From contig CAWJJC010000020.1 of NCBI GenBank assembly GCA_963843145.1, forward strand, positions 32,001-96,000: a stretch of 64,000 nt of DNA. The letters run 5' to 3'. Shown one piece after another: positions 7,949 to 17,473 of this stretch. How positions within the stretch are numbered: the stretch's first letter is position 1; each line of letters begins with the position of its first letter. The notes beneath the pieces were generated by a model that was given only the letters and a program-made list of their open reading frames with translations, was not told the origin of the DNA and did not search any database. The position numbers and the translations under genes were made by a program. Origin of the DNA: an uncultured delta proteobacterium (GTDB lineage Bacteria; Desulfobacterota; RBG-13-43-22).

Positions 7949-8794
7949 CTAAAGTTGGAAATACATGAGGGCCTTTTCCCCCAGGATCATCTCCACGGCC
8001 ATCCGCAGGGCATAACCAGGGCGTTCTTCGCCGGGGACCCTCCTCAACAGACCATCGGTTTCCAGGATCTTCAGGGCGTAGCGGGCGATATTGATCCCGT
8101 CCCGCACCGTGAAGCGTTCATGAGCCCGGTGGGCTAACTGCAGAAATCGGACTACATAATCCAAGATATCCTCGGGGGCGAAGGGCAGGTTACGCTGGAG
8201 GATCAGCCGTTCCTCGTCCGGCTCGGGAAAGTCGATGAAGATCTGAGGCTGGAGGCGGGAATGAATATATTCCGGCAGTTCATAGGTGCTGGCATCATCG
8301 TTCATGGTGGCGCAAAAACGAAAATTCGGATGGGCCGGCACTTTTAGGCCGGCTACGATCGATTCCACCGTGCGGCGGTTGTCCAGCAAAGGCGCCAAGG
8401 AGGCCCAGGATTTTTCGCTCATCCGGTTGCCCTCATCCAGGATCAATACTCCACCCCGCAGCATGGCCGTCACCACAGGACTGGCCATGTAGCGGATCTT
8501 CCCCTGGTCGGCAATGACCGGGGTGACGACCAGGTCTTCCGGTCGGGTATCCATAGTGGCCTGGAAAAAATAGACCTCCCGGCCTAAGCGACGGGCGGCG
8601 GCGTAGGCCAGGGTGGTTTTGCCCACACCGGGCTTGCCCACAATGCGGGGGTGCAGGGGGAGGTCCTGTTCCTCCACCACCAGCCAGGCGGCCAGCACCT
8701 GGTCAATCAAATCCGGCTGTCCCACCCAGTCCAGGGGAAAAACATCCGGACGGCACAAGTGCAGGGTAACCCCTTCGATAATCACGGTTTCCAT
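7949..8794 (-). CDS. MoxR-family AAA+ ATPase
   Basis: Walker A GKPGVGKTT, Walker B LILDEGNR, HPNFRFCATMN, SRL. Confidence 0.9.
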   Translation of the reverse strand: METVIIEGVTLHLCRPDVFPLDWVGQPDLIDQVLAAWLVVEEQDLPLHPRIVGKPGVGKTTLAYAAARRLGREVYFFQATMDTRPEDLVVTPVIADQGKIRYMASPVVTAMLRGGVLILDEGNRMSEKSWASLAPLLDNRRTVESIVAGLKVPAHPNFRFCATMNDDASTYELPEYIHSRLQPQIFIDFPEPDEERLILQRNLPFAPEDILDYVVRFLQLAHRAHERFTVRDGINIARYALKILETDGLLRRVPGEERPGYALRMAVEMILGEKALMYFQL

Positions 8795-8864
8795 GTATTC
8801 TGAATGTTCCTTTTTACCTTAATCGTTCAATTTCCGGTTATTTCTTTTTCAGGAGAAAGTGGAT

Positions 8865-9290
8865 TTATTCCGACCGGATCCCGTTTAGATAATCCTCCAG
8901 ATTTTTAAAGGGCGCCAGGGCCGAACAGGAATTCCGGGCCACCTCCCAATTGGGTTGGTCGGTGAGCATGGGCTTAAAAAAAGGCCACTGGCGGCAAGGG
9001 GTGGGCTTGACCGGATGGATGGTGCACCGGCCTTCCACGGCAAAATGGCAAAAACCGTCGGTTTCTCGAACGTGAATGTACCTCTGGCCATTCTTCTCCA
9101 GGCAAAAACGGGCTAAAAAATCCTCGACCGGAAGGTCCAAGAATTCGGCGATGCGTTTTTCTTCTTCTTTGTTGAAATAAATTCCCCCCTCACCCCGGCA
9201 ACAGGTTCCGCAGACCTGGCACTCGAAAAGGGCCAGGGCTTTTTCCTGAAGGGTTTCTAACGGTTCTTTCTTTTTCTTGCTGCCTGCCAT
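8865..9290 (-). CDS. YkgJ-family cysteine cluster protein
   Basis: FECQVCGTCC...C.F...RCTIHPVKPTPCRQWPF. Confidence 0.85.
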   Translation of the reverse strand: MAGSKKKKEPLETLQEKALALFECQVCGTCCRGEGGIYFNKEEEKRIAEFLDLPVEDFLARFCLEKNGQRYIHVRETDGFCHFAVEGRCTIHPVKPTPCRQWPFFKPMLTDQPNWEVARNSCSALAPFKNLEDYLNGIRSE

Positions 9291-9350
9291 GAATATTCCC
9301 CGGGCGGCTATCGCCGAAGAAGTGGTTAGTTATTGCTAAATCAAAAAAAT

Positions 9351-9481
9351 CTAGCCAAAAATGGAAAATTTTAGGCTGTAATAAAAACCACTGGAACTGA
9401 TTTAAAGATAGCATTTTTTTATTTAGATTTTTACATCCATTGTTAGAGACAAATTCTCAGAACAATGGATGTAAAAATCTA
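9351..9481. repeat. Intergenic repeat family D, copy 1 (with 21-bp hairpin arms)
   Basis: tagatttttacatccattgtt...aacaatggatgtaaaaatcta; shares blocks with 56791-56883. Confidence 0.75.
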
Positions 9482-10630
9482 AAACCAGCGGCAATCGGTG
9501 TACAGACCAAAAAAAGGAAAGATGCTTTCCTGGACCGCCCGGACTGTGGCCTTAGCCTCGTAATTGGCCCGTTGCCACTTGGCTTCTTCCTCACGATGCT
9601 CCTCGTCGCGCAGCCACTTTTCGTCGTAGCCCAGGCCGCGAAGGGTCTCCTGGAATGGGGCGGGAAGACTTTCCTGGCCCAGTTCCCGACCCCGCATGAT
9701 CGACCAGGCCAGGGTCCAGGCCCGGGCCACGTTTACCGGGTGATAGCCGCCTCCGCCCAAGGCCACCCAAGGCTTATCCAGCCCCTTGAAAAACCGTACC
9801 GCGTGACAAAACCCCTTGGAGGTCAGACTGAGGTTGGCCAGGGGATCGTTGTAGAAAGTGTCCACACCCAACTGGGTGACGATCACCTCGGGTTGAAAAG
9901 CCTGCAATACCGACGGAACGATCTGGTCAAAGGCCCAGATAAAGATCTGATCGTCGGTCCAGGGGAAAAAGGGCACATTGACCGAATACCCGGTCCCAAC
10001 CCCGGTCCCCATTTCACTCACAAATCCGGTGCTGGGAAAAAGGGTCCGCCCGTTTTGGTGAAAAGACAGGGTCAGGACCCGGTTGGTCCCGTAAAAGGCT
10101 TCCTGCACCCCGTCACCATGGTGGGCGTCAATATCGATATAAGCCACCCGCAGGCCTCGGGAAAGCAAATGAATAATAGCCAGGACCGGATCGTTGAGAT
10201 AACAAAAGCCGGAGGCGGAACTCTTATGGGCGTGGTGCATGCCGCCGGCTATATGGAAAGCGACCGGTCCCTGTCCGGAGGCTACCCATTCCGCGGCCTG
10301 CAGGGCTCCGCCGGCGCAGAACAGCCCCCAATCGAGGACTCCCGGGAAAACCGGATTGTCCCCGGGCCCCAGGCCATAACCGCCCCATTCCGCTTGAAAC
10401 CGGCCGGAGTTGGCTTCCTTCAGGACTTGCAGGTAATCCCAGGAATGAAAGGTCAAGACCTCTTCCTCGGAGGCCTGACGGGCTTCCAGGGTCCGGGTCT
10501 TTTTCCCCCGCAAAAGCCCATAGGCCTCGATCAGTTCAACAGTCAATTTAAGACGTTTGACCTGCAGGGGATGGGTCGGTCCGTAATCAAAGCGTTGATA
10601 GGCGTCGCTGGTTATCAGCAGTGGGGGCAT
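9479..10630 (-). CDS. acuC: AcuC / class I histone-deacetylase family protein
   Basis: HPLQVKRL, GGMHHA, SGFCYLND, YIDIDAHHGDGVQ, QLGVD..DPL, GGGGY. Confidence 0.9.
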   Translation of the reverse strand: MPPLLITSDAYQRFDYGPTHPLQVKRLKLTVELIEAYGLLRGKKTRTLEARQASEEEVLTFHSWDYLQVLKEANSGRFQAEWGGYGLGPGDNPVFPGVLDWGLFCAGGALQAAEWVASGQGPVAFHIAGGMHHAHKSSASGFCYLNDPVLAIIHLLSRGLRVAYIDIDAHHGDGVQEAFYGTNRVLTLSFHQNGRTLFPSTGFVSEMGTGVGTGYSVNVPFFPWTDDQIFIWAFDQIVPSVLQAFQPEVIVTQLGVDTFYNDPLANLSLTSKGFCHAVRFFKGLDKPWVALGGGGYHPVNVARAWTLAWSIMRGRELGQESLPAPFQETLRGLGYDEKWLRDEEHREEEAKWQRANYEAKATVRAVQESIFPFFGLYTDCRWF

Positions 10631-10647
10631 GGGTATATGGGGGAATC

Positions 10648-11017
10648 AGGAGTCAGTATCCGATTAAACTTTGGTTGTTCGCCCTCTTGGGTGGGTGGCC
10701 ACAAGATAGGGGAGATTAACCTGAAATCGGGCCTCCGTGGCCGTGGGGTCTCGGCGAAAGGGTTTTCCATATTGCTTTTTAGGTTCTAACCCGGCCCTCT
10801 TATTTTTAAATCTTCAGGAGGCAGGGCCAGCCGAGGAGACATCAAAATATTCGGAGTATGGGCCTGCTTTAAATAAAATTAGTAAGTTAGGCCCGGATTC
10901 GAAGTCCGGAGTACCTTTGGAAAACCCTTTCGCCGAGACCCCACGGCCGGACCAGATTGGGGGAGGTACCCACCCAAAAGGGCGAAGCGTCTAAACTTTA
11001 TCCGGATTCTAACTCCT
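10648..11017. mobile_element. MITE-like non-coding element with nested inverted repeats (family C, longest copy)
   Basis: Imperfect outer IR (aggagtcagtatccg...ttcgccctcttgggtgggt / acccacccaaaagggcgaa...ggattctaactcct) and perfect inner 31-bp IR at 10739-10769 / 10918-10948; partial copies elsewhere. Confidence 0.75.
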
Positions 11018-11041
11018 CTATTTAAGACTTACATCATTCGA

Positions 11042-12820
11042 TTATCTTTTCAGGCTTTTTTCCATCCTTGCCAGTTCGGATTTTATTCCCTCAGGTACCC
11101 GGTCGCCAAACTGTCCCAGGAACTTCCGGACATCGGCCAATTCCTGGTCCCATTCAGCGGGTTTTACCTCGAAGAGGGCGGCCAACCGGTCCCGGGAGAC
11201 GTCCAAACCCTCGGTATTGAAATTCTTCAGGTCCGGAACCAGGCCGATGGGCGTCTCCCGGGCGCCGACCTGATCCGGGTTCGTAGAGCGGTCAATGGCC
11301 CACTTCAACACCCGGATATTCTCTCCGAATCCGGGCCAGAGGAATTTCCCCTCTTCATCCCGACGGAACCAGTTGATGGAAAAAATCTTGGGAGGATGAG
11401 TCATCCGGGGGCCCATGGCCAGCCAATGCTGAAAATAGTCGGCCATGTTATATCCGCAGAAAGGCAGCATGGCCATGGGGTCTCGCCGCAGGACCCCCTC
11501 CTGGCCGACGGCCGCGGCCGTGGTCTCCGACCCCATCCGGGCGCCGCAAAAAACCCCATGCTCCCAATTGAAGCTTTCATACACCAGGGGCAGCAACTGG
11601 CTCCGTTTACCCCCGAACAGGATGGCGGTTATAGGCACTCCTTTGGGATTGTCGATTTCCGGGGAGACCGTCGGACAATCCTTGATGGAGACGGTGAACC
11701 GGGAATTGGGGTGGTCGACCCTTCCTTCTGAAGCCGGGGTCCAGGTTTTTCCCTTCCAGTCCAGGATATGGGGCGGGACGGCGTCGGTCAGGCCCTCCCA
11801 CCAGGGTTCGTTGGTGTCGGTATTCAGCCCGGTATTGGTAAACAGGACCGGATAAAAATTGCCGGCCTTGAGGGTCCGGATCATGTTGGGGTTGGTTTTC
11901 ATGGAGGTGCCCGGCGCCACCCCGAAAAACCCGGCTTCCGGATTGATGGCGTAAAGCCGGCCGTCCGGGCCGATATTTAACCAGGCAATGTCGTCCCCCA
12001 GAGTCCAGATCTTGTATCCGGGCAGGACCGATTGGAGCATGGCCAGGTTGGTTTTTCCGCAGGCCGAAGGCAGGGCGGCCAGCAGATAATCGATTTTTCC
12101 ATCCGGCGCTTCGATACCGATAATGATCATATGTTCGGCCAGCCAGCCCTCCTGCAGTCCCAGCCAGGAAGCCAGCCGCAGCGAAAAACATTTTTTCCCC
12201 AAAAGGGCGTTACCCCCGTAACCAGAGCCGATGCTCCAAACCAGGCTGTCATTGGGAAAGTGCATGATGAATCGCCGGCTCGGATCAAAATCCCCCACCG
12301 AGTGAAGCCCTTTGACGAAATTTTCCGAGTTTCCGATTTTATCCAACACTCCCCGGTCCATGCGGGTCATAATGCGCATACTGACGGCCACATAGGTCAC
12401 ATCGGTCACCTGCACACAGGCCTTGGCATAGGGGGAATCCGGATGGCCCATCATATAGGGCAGCACGTACATGGTCCGACCGCGCATGCAGCCGTCGGTC
12501 AACCCGGTCAGCATCTTTTTAGCCTCCCCGGGCTCCATCCAGTTATTGTTGGGACCGGCCGTCTCTTTGTCCTTCTGGCAGACGAAGGTCAGTTTTTCGG
12601 TTCGGGCCACGTCAGTGGGATGGCTGAGATGCCAGAAGGCATGGGGCCATTCCTTATGATTCAATTCGCGAAAGATCGGTTGGCCGTTGATTCGCTCCTC
12701 TTTGATCCCGATCTCGACCAGCCGATGGGCTTCCTCCTCGGATCCGTCGCACCAATAAATCTTATCCGGCTTGGTCAGCCGGGCCTGTTCTTCAACCCAC
12801 TTCTCCACATAAGTAGCCAT
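11042..12820 (-). CDS. pckG: Phosphoenolpyruvate carboxykinase (GTP)
   Basis: DVARTE, GSGYGGNALLGKKC, WLAEHM, PSACGKTNLAM, GDDIAW, HPNSRF, DPMAMLPFCGY. Confidence 0.97.
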   Translation of the reverse strand: MATYVEKWVEEQARLTKPDKIYWCDGSEEEAHRLVEIGIKEERINGQPIFRELNHKEWPHAFWHLSHPTDVARTEKLTFVCQKDKETAGPNNNWMEPGEAKKMLTGLTDGCMRGRTMYVLPYMMGHPDSPYAKACVQVTDVTYVAVSMRIMTRMDRGVLDKIGNSENFVKGLHSVGDFDPSRRFIMHFPNDSLVWSIGSGYGGNALLGKKCFSLRLASWLGLQEGWLAEHMIIIGIEAPDGKIDYLLAALPSACGKTNLAMLQSVLPGYKIWTLGDDIAWLNIGPDGRLYAINPEAGFFGVAPGTSMKTNPNMIRTLKAGNFYPVLFTNTGLNTDTNEPWWEGLTDAVPPHILDWKGKTWTPASEGRVDHPNSRFTVSIKDCPTVSPEIDNPKGVPITAILFGGKRSQLLPLVYESFNWEHGVFCGARMGSETTAAAVGQEGVLRRDPMAMLPFCGYNMADYFQHWLAMGPRMTHPPKIFSINWFRRDEEGKFLWPGFGENIRVLKWAIDRSTNPDQVGARETPIGLVPDLKNFNTEGLDVSRDRLAALFEVKPAEWDQELADVRKFLGQFGDRVPEGIKSELARMEKSLKR

Positions 12821-12870
12821 GATGATAACCCTTTCTGTTTCCTCAGCTCAATTTGAAATTCTTCAGACGT

Positions 12871-13566
12871 TTACCTGATTTTTTCCAAAAGAATTTGTTT
12901 AAAGGATATAAACTCCTCTTCAGCGATCAAGTCCTGTTTCCGAAGTTTTGTCAATCGATCTAATACATCCAGGGCCTTTTCCTGGAATTCCTTCCGGTTC
13001 AGATCAAAATCCGGGGGAAGCTGTTTCAAGGTAATGTTTAAGTCGGCTTCGGAAAACGGACCTGCCGGCTTGGAATCCCGGGGACCCGTCTGGGTCAGAA
13101 AGTCATCCCAGGCTTTTTGCAGGCCGTCCATTTCCCCCATGGACTCCTTTAGCCGTTGTAAAAGGTGCCTGTTTTCCCGGATAAGTGATATCTTCTCGCT
13201 GGCATTTTTCACCGCCACTTCCAGTTCTTCCAGTTTAAAAGGCTTGCGGATGTAATCATAGGCCCCCCCGCGAATAGCCTGAATGGCTGTATCCAAAGAG
13301 GCATAGCCGGTGATAATGATTACCTCACATTCCGGATAAACAGCTTTTACCTCCTTAAGGACCTGCAATCCATCGGCCCCCGGCAGCATTAAATCCGCAA
13401 TGACCACATCATAGGGCTGGTTTTTGAAATCCCGAATGGCTTCCCGGCCGTTTTTCTGGAGATGGAGCTCTCTTTCGGGCTTTTGCAAAAAATCCCGAAG
13501 CATGGCCCCCAGGATCTCATCGTCCTCGGCGATTAACATCCGGATCTGGCTTTTTGCTATCTCCAT
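12871..13566 (-). CDS. Response regulator (receiver + coiled coil + SHOCT-like tail)
   Basis: LIAEDD, ADLMLPGADG, ITGYAS, GAYDYIRKPF; C-terminal LDRLTKLRKQDLIAEEEF. Confidence 0.9.
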   Translation of the reverse strand: MEIAKSQIRMLIAEDDEILGAMLRDFLQKPERELHLQKNGREAIRDFKNQPYDVVIADLMLPGADGLQVLKEVKAVYPECEVIIITGYASLDTAIQAIRGGAYDYIRKPFKLEELEVAVKNASEKISLIRENRHLLQRLKESMGEMDGLQKAWDDFLTQTGPRDSKPAGPFSEADLNITLKQLPPDFDLNRKEFQEKALDVLDRLTKLRKQDLIAEEEFISFKQILLEKIR

Positions 13567-13656
13567 GAGCTCAAAGAGTTTCCCTTTCAACCGGTCTATA
13601 ATTTATATAGCATTGCGCTCCTCTCTCTGTCAACAAACCAAGTTTGATATTCTGCG

Positions 13657-13729
13657 GGAAAACCCTTTTGCCGAGACCCGACGGCCTTAACAGAAAAGAG
13701 GGGTACCCACCCAAAAAGGCGAAGCGTCT
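13657..13729. repeat. Family C right-end copy
   Basis: ggaaaacccttttgccgagacccgacggcc...gtacccacccaaaaaggcgaagcgtct matches 10919-10992. Confidence 0.8.
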
Positions 13730-13859
13730 TTTTTAAAAGGGTGGGAGAAAAGAACTCTGCTTGTATTCTTTGGCGAGGGAGCGCCTTTTCCTGGAACTAA
13801 TTGGCGCAGGAGACCGCGAAGCGCCTGGTTTTAAATAGATGCCCGAGGACGCAGCGACT

Positions 13860-15986
13860 TTAATTCGAAATTCGGGTGGAAGAACCACTGGGCAAGTCCC
13901 CCATGAATGGCGGGAGACTTCGCAATACCTGCCTGATTTTAACCGCCAGGGCTTCCGGGGTGAAGGGTTTCTCTAAAAAGGCCAGCCCTTCCTCTAAGAC
14001 CCCGTGATGGACGATGGCGTTGTGGGTATACCCCGACATAAATAACACTTTCAGGTCCGGTCGGATCCGGGAGAGCTGACCGGCCAGGTCCCGACCATTC
14101 ATGCCGGGCATAACGATATCGGACAGGAGGAGATTTATCGGGCCGGGATATTGCCTGGCTACGCCCAAGGCCTCTTCTCCATGGCTGGCTTCTAAGACCG
14201 AATACCCCTGCCTCTCCAGGATTTCTCGGATAGGAGTCCTCAACAATTCCTCGTCTTCCACCAATAAGATGGTTTCCGACCCCGGCGGGACCTTTCCGGA
14301 GCCTGCCCCGGCAGAATCAAAAGGAGCGGATCCTTCCGCTTGAGGAAGATAGATTTTAAAGGTCGTTCCTTTACCGACTTCACTATACACCCAGATATAC
14401 CCTCCGGATTGTCTGACGATTCCATAAACGGTCGAAAGGCCCATCCCGCTTCCCTTCCCCCATTCCTTGGTGGTGAAAAAGGGCTCAAAAACGTGGGATT
14501 TGGTCTCCGCGTCCATACCTTTCCCATTGTCGCTGATGGCCAGCAGAGCATAATTACCTACCGGCATGACCGGGTAGCGGCGCGGGCTGGTCTGTCCTAC
14601 AGCCACATTGCTCGTTTCAATGATCAGCTTTCCTCCCGCGGACATGGCGTCCCGAGCATTGATCGCCAAATTGACAATAACCTGCTCCATTTGCCCCCGG
14701 TCACCGGCAATGTTGGTCAGGGTCGGGTCCAGCACGGTTACCAGTTCGACTTCTTCCCTCACCAAGCGCCCTAATATTTTCTCTAAATCAATAATGATGG
14801 CATTTAAGTCCAACACCTTCGGTTCGGCTACCTGTTTGCGGTTCAAGGCCAGGAGTTGCTGGGTTAGATCCGCCGCCTTCTGGGCTGCTTTTTTTATCTC
14901 CCTGACCTGTCGAACAACCCCGGTTTCTCCGACCGGGGGGTTCATCAGGATCAGATCACTATAGCCCATAATGGCCATCAACAGATTGTTGAAATCGTGC
15001 GCCACTCCGCCGGCCATCCGGGCGATGGCTTCCAGTTTCAGGGACTGGTGAAATTGCTCTTCCAGAAATTTCAGCTCCGTGATGTCAATAAAGCTCTCCA
15101 TCAGGCATTTTCGTCCCCCCCAATAAATGGGGGATACTTTCTTGAGAATCGGAACCGTCTGTCGGTTTCCTTTAACCAGCACCTGCTCGGCATTATGAAT
15201 GGATTGGGAAAAATCGATAACCGGGCACCGCCCCTTTTCCATTACGCACATATATTGATTGCAAAAAGACCCGACCACTTCCTCTTTGGAAAGACCGATA
15301 ATCTCCAAGGCCGTCTGATTGGCTTCCAAAATCCGGTAGTTTTTGGTATCCACAATCACTACCCCGGCGTTAATGGAGTCCAGGATAGAAGTCAGCTCCC
15401 TACGGTTTTTTTCCAAGTCCAAGGTGCGCAAGGCGACCTTTTGATCCAGCACTCCTTTCTGATTGGTCAATTTTTGAGAAAGGATTTTGTTATGCAGCAT
15501 ACTGGCAAGTTGTTGGACCCCCAGTTCCGCGAAGCGGGCTTCTTGCGAGGGGATGGCTGTCGCCCGACGGCCCAGTTCCACTAAAACCAGGCCTAATATT
15601 CCGGTCGGGATTACTAAGGGAAAAATTAGAAAAATCCCCTGCGGTTCCTCCAGTGTCTGATGAGAACCGGGTTCCCCGTTCCGGACCGATTCCAGCGCGC
15701 CGGCGATCGCCCCGGACTCCACCAGGCGGGCAAATCGATCCTCCATCCGGATCTTATTGGTTTCAGGTCGTGAGGCCCCGAAACGAAATTCAAAAGACTC
15801 CTGGTCCAGCCAAAAGATGGATACGGTTTGCGCCTCGGGGAAAAGGCGAAAAATTTCCAACCCGTCCGCAATGGTTTTGGCCAGGGGTTCATCCGCCATC
15901 CGGTTACTCGGAAAACGCATCAAGGCTTCCAGAAAGCGATTCCAGGAATTGTGGGCCTCGGTCCCATTGTCATCAATCTTAGCCAT
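13860..15986 (-). CDS. PAS-containing hybrid sensor histidine kinase / response regulator
   Basis: H-box AGGVAHDFNN, NLAINARDAM, D.GKGM, FEPFFTTK, GSGMGL, C-terminal receiver. Confidence 0.95.
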   Translation of the reverse strand: MAKIDDNGTEAHNSWNRFLEALMRFPSNRMADEPLAKTIADGLEIFRLFPEAQTVSIFWLDQESFEFRFGASRPETNKIRMEDRFARLVESGAIAGALESVRNGEPGSHQTLEEPQGIFLIFPLVIPTGILGLVLVELGRRATAIPSQEARFAELGVQQLASMLHNKILSQKLTNQKGVLDQKVALRTLDLEKNRRELTSILDSINAGVVIVDTKNYRILEANQTALEIIGLSKEEVVGSFCNQYMCVMEKGRCPVIDFSQSIHNAEQVLVKGNRQTVPILKKVSPIYWGGRKCLMESFIDITELKFLEEQFHQSLKLEAIARMAGGVAHDFNNLLMAIMGYSDLILMNPPVGETGVVRQVREIKKAAQKAADLTQQLLALNRKQVAEPKVLDLNAIIIDLEKILGRLVREEVELVTVLDPTLTNIAGDRGQMEQVIVNLAINARDAMSAGGKLIIETSNVAVGQTSPRRYPVMPVGNYALLAISDNGKGMDAETKSHVFEPFFTTKEWGKGSGMGLSTVYGIVRQSGGYIWVYSEVGKGTTFKIYLPQAEGSAPFDSAGAGSGKVPPGSETILLVEDEELLRTPIREILERQGYSVLEASHGEEALGVARQYPGPINLLLSDIVMPGMNGRDLAGQLSRIRPDLKVLFMSGYTHNAIVHHGVLEEGLAFLEKPFTPEALAVKIRQVLRSLPPFMGDLPSGSSTRISN

Positions 15987-16009
15987 AATCCAAACCTCAA
16001 TCCCCTGGG

Positions 16010-16858
16010 CTAATGGAGCCCCATAATTTTTTTAGCTTCTTCAAACTGTTCCAGAATATGGGGAGTTATTTCGGTAAGCGTATTTGGCGGGAGACCTAAC
16101 ACCTCCCTGGCCTGCTCATTCGGTCGGGGAATCAAATCATCCCCGCCAAATCCCAATTCCAGCGCCCGAGCCAGCGTATCCGCTATATGTACCGCCGCGA
16201 CCAGAGGATCCGGAGGCTCTCCGAACAACCCGGCATGATGCCCGCAAATAGCTTTTTGGATGGCCGGGGGTAAGTTCCAGTTTTCCACCAGCAACAAACC
16301 GCCCTGACTATGATCCATCCCCAGAATATCCATCTCCGATTCCCAGAGTGGCTGTTGGCATTTATTCGCTTGATCCAGGGCTCGGGTAAATTCCTTCTCG
16401 GCGAATTCGAAAAAAACCAATTTCCCAATATCATGAAGGACACCGGCCACAAATAGATTTTCCACATTCGCTAGGCGGCAGGCCTGCCCGATTAGCCGGG
16501 TGGCAATTCCTACGCCTATGGAATGGGCCCAAAAATCCCCCGGCCGAAAATCGAACGCCGAATCCTGTTTGGAAAAAAGATCCAGGACGGAAGTAGCCAG
16601 CACCAGATTACGTACCTCGTCAAAACCCAATACCACCACCGCCCGGGAAATCGTCTCGACCTGTCCGGGAAAACCATAGAGCACTGAATTGGCCAACCGC
16701 AAAACCCGGGAGGCGGAAGCCGGATCGGACGATACTATTTGTGAAACGGCCTGGGCCGTGGACCAGGGATCGGCCAGGACTTCGGAGAGCGCCAGGTAAA
16801 CGGTCGGCAAGGTCGGAAGATCCCGGATATTTTCAATAATTTTTTCTATGACCCTCAT
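16010..16858 (-). CDS. HDOD domain protein
   Basis: LPTLP, DPASASRVLRLANS, FWAHS, AGVLHDIGK, WNLP..I..HH. Confidence 0.92.
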   Translation of the reverse strand: MRVIEKIIENIRDLPTLPTVYLALSEVLADPWSTAQAVSQIVSSDPASASRVLRLANSVLYGFPGQVETISRAVVVLGFDEVRNLVLATSVLDLFSKQDSAFDFRPGDFWAHSIGVGIATRLIGQACRLANVENLFVAGVLHDIGKLVFFEFAEKEFTRALDQANKCQQPLWESEMDILGMDHSQGGLLLVENWNLPPAIQKAICGHHAGLFGEPPDPLVAAVHIADTLARALELGFGGDDLIPRPNEQAREVLGLPPNTLTEITPHILEQFEEAKKIMGLH

Positions 16859-16860
16859 GG

Positions 16861-17190
16861 TTAGAGAAACTTTTGAATGACCCTTTTTACGGCCAGTTGG
16901 AAAACTTCTTTTTCCAGGCTAGTGGTCGGTTCCCATTTCAATCGCCAGTTCACCCGAGTTAACGCCCGATCTAATAATTCAGGGCTCACTTTTGTCTCTT
17001 TTTCCGGGAACCTTTCCTCTTTGACCTTCACGGTCTTGCAGCCCCAGGTCTTCAATACCTTCAGGTGCCGCGGTAGAAGTTCAACCCCCCGAGGCAACAA
17101 GGTCTGTCCGAACTGATTTAAAACCGGTTCGGCCAGAATTAACCCGGGTTCAACAGCCTTTAGTTCATTAAGTTGCAAGACCATGTCCAT
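16861..17190 (-). CDS. Hypothetical protein, first gene of HDOD/kinase operon
   Basis: 109 aa ORF 2 bp from the HDOD start; PGLILAEPVLN..GQTLL..G.EL....LKTWG pattern. Confidence 0.7.
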   Translation of the reverse strand: MDMVLQLNELKAVEPGLILAEPVLNQFGQTLLPRGVELLPRHLKVLKTWGCKTVKVKEERFPEKETKVSPELLDRALTRVNWRLKWEPTTSLEKEVFQLAVKRVIQKFL

Positions 17191-17265
17191 TTTCTTTCAA
17201 TCCGTTATTTATTGGAGATTCGTTGGCTTGCAGGGGGTAATCTGCCTCCCTGAAGATCGATATTC

Positions 17266-17292
17266 TTATCGACCAGTCCGCCCTAAAACTTA
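17266..17292 (-). promoter_or_regulatory. Putative sigma28 (FliA) promoter
   Basis: TAAG-N15-GTCGATAA versus consensus TAAA-N15-GCCGATAA, ~75 bp upstream of the 17190 start. Confidence 0.55.
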
Positions 17293-17419
17293 AATTGACG
17301 CTAAACCGCACTAAAAACCATACAATATTTGGAGAGATTAATAGTTCCTGGCAAGATAGAATATTTTATCTTATTGAAATAACGTGAAATACTAAATTAA
17401 TGGCGGGCCGATTCCCGAA

Positions 17420-17435
17420 CGGCATCTTATTTGCT
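17420..17435 (+). promoter_or_regulatory. Putative sigma54 promoter
   Basis: cGGCATCTTATTTGCt = GG-N10-GC upstream of the FN3 gene. Confidence 0.55.
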
Positions 17436-17473
17436 TGATACTGGGGAAAAATATCTATTGTTTTCAATAGGGA

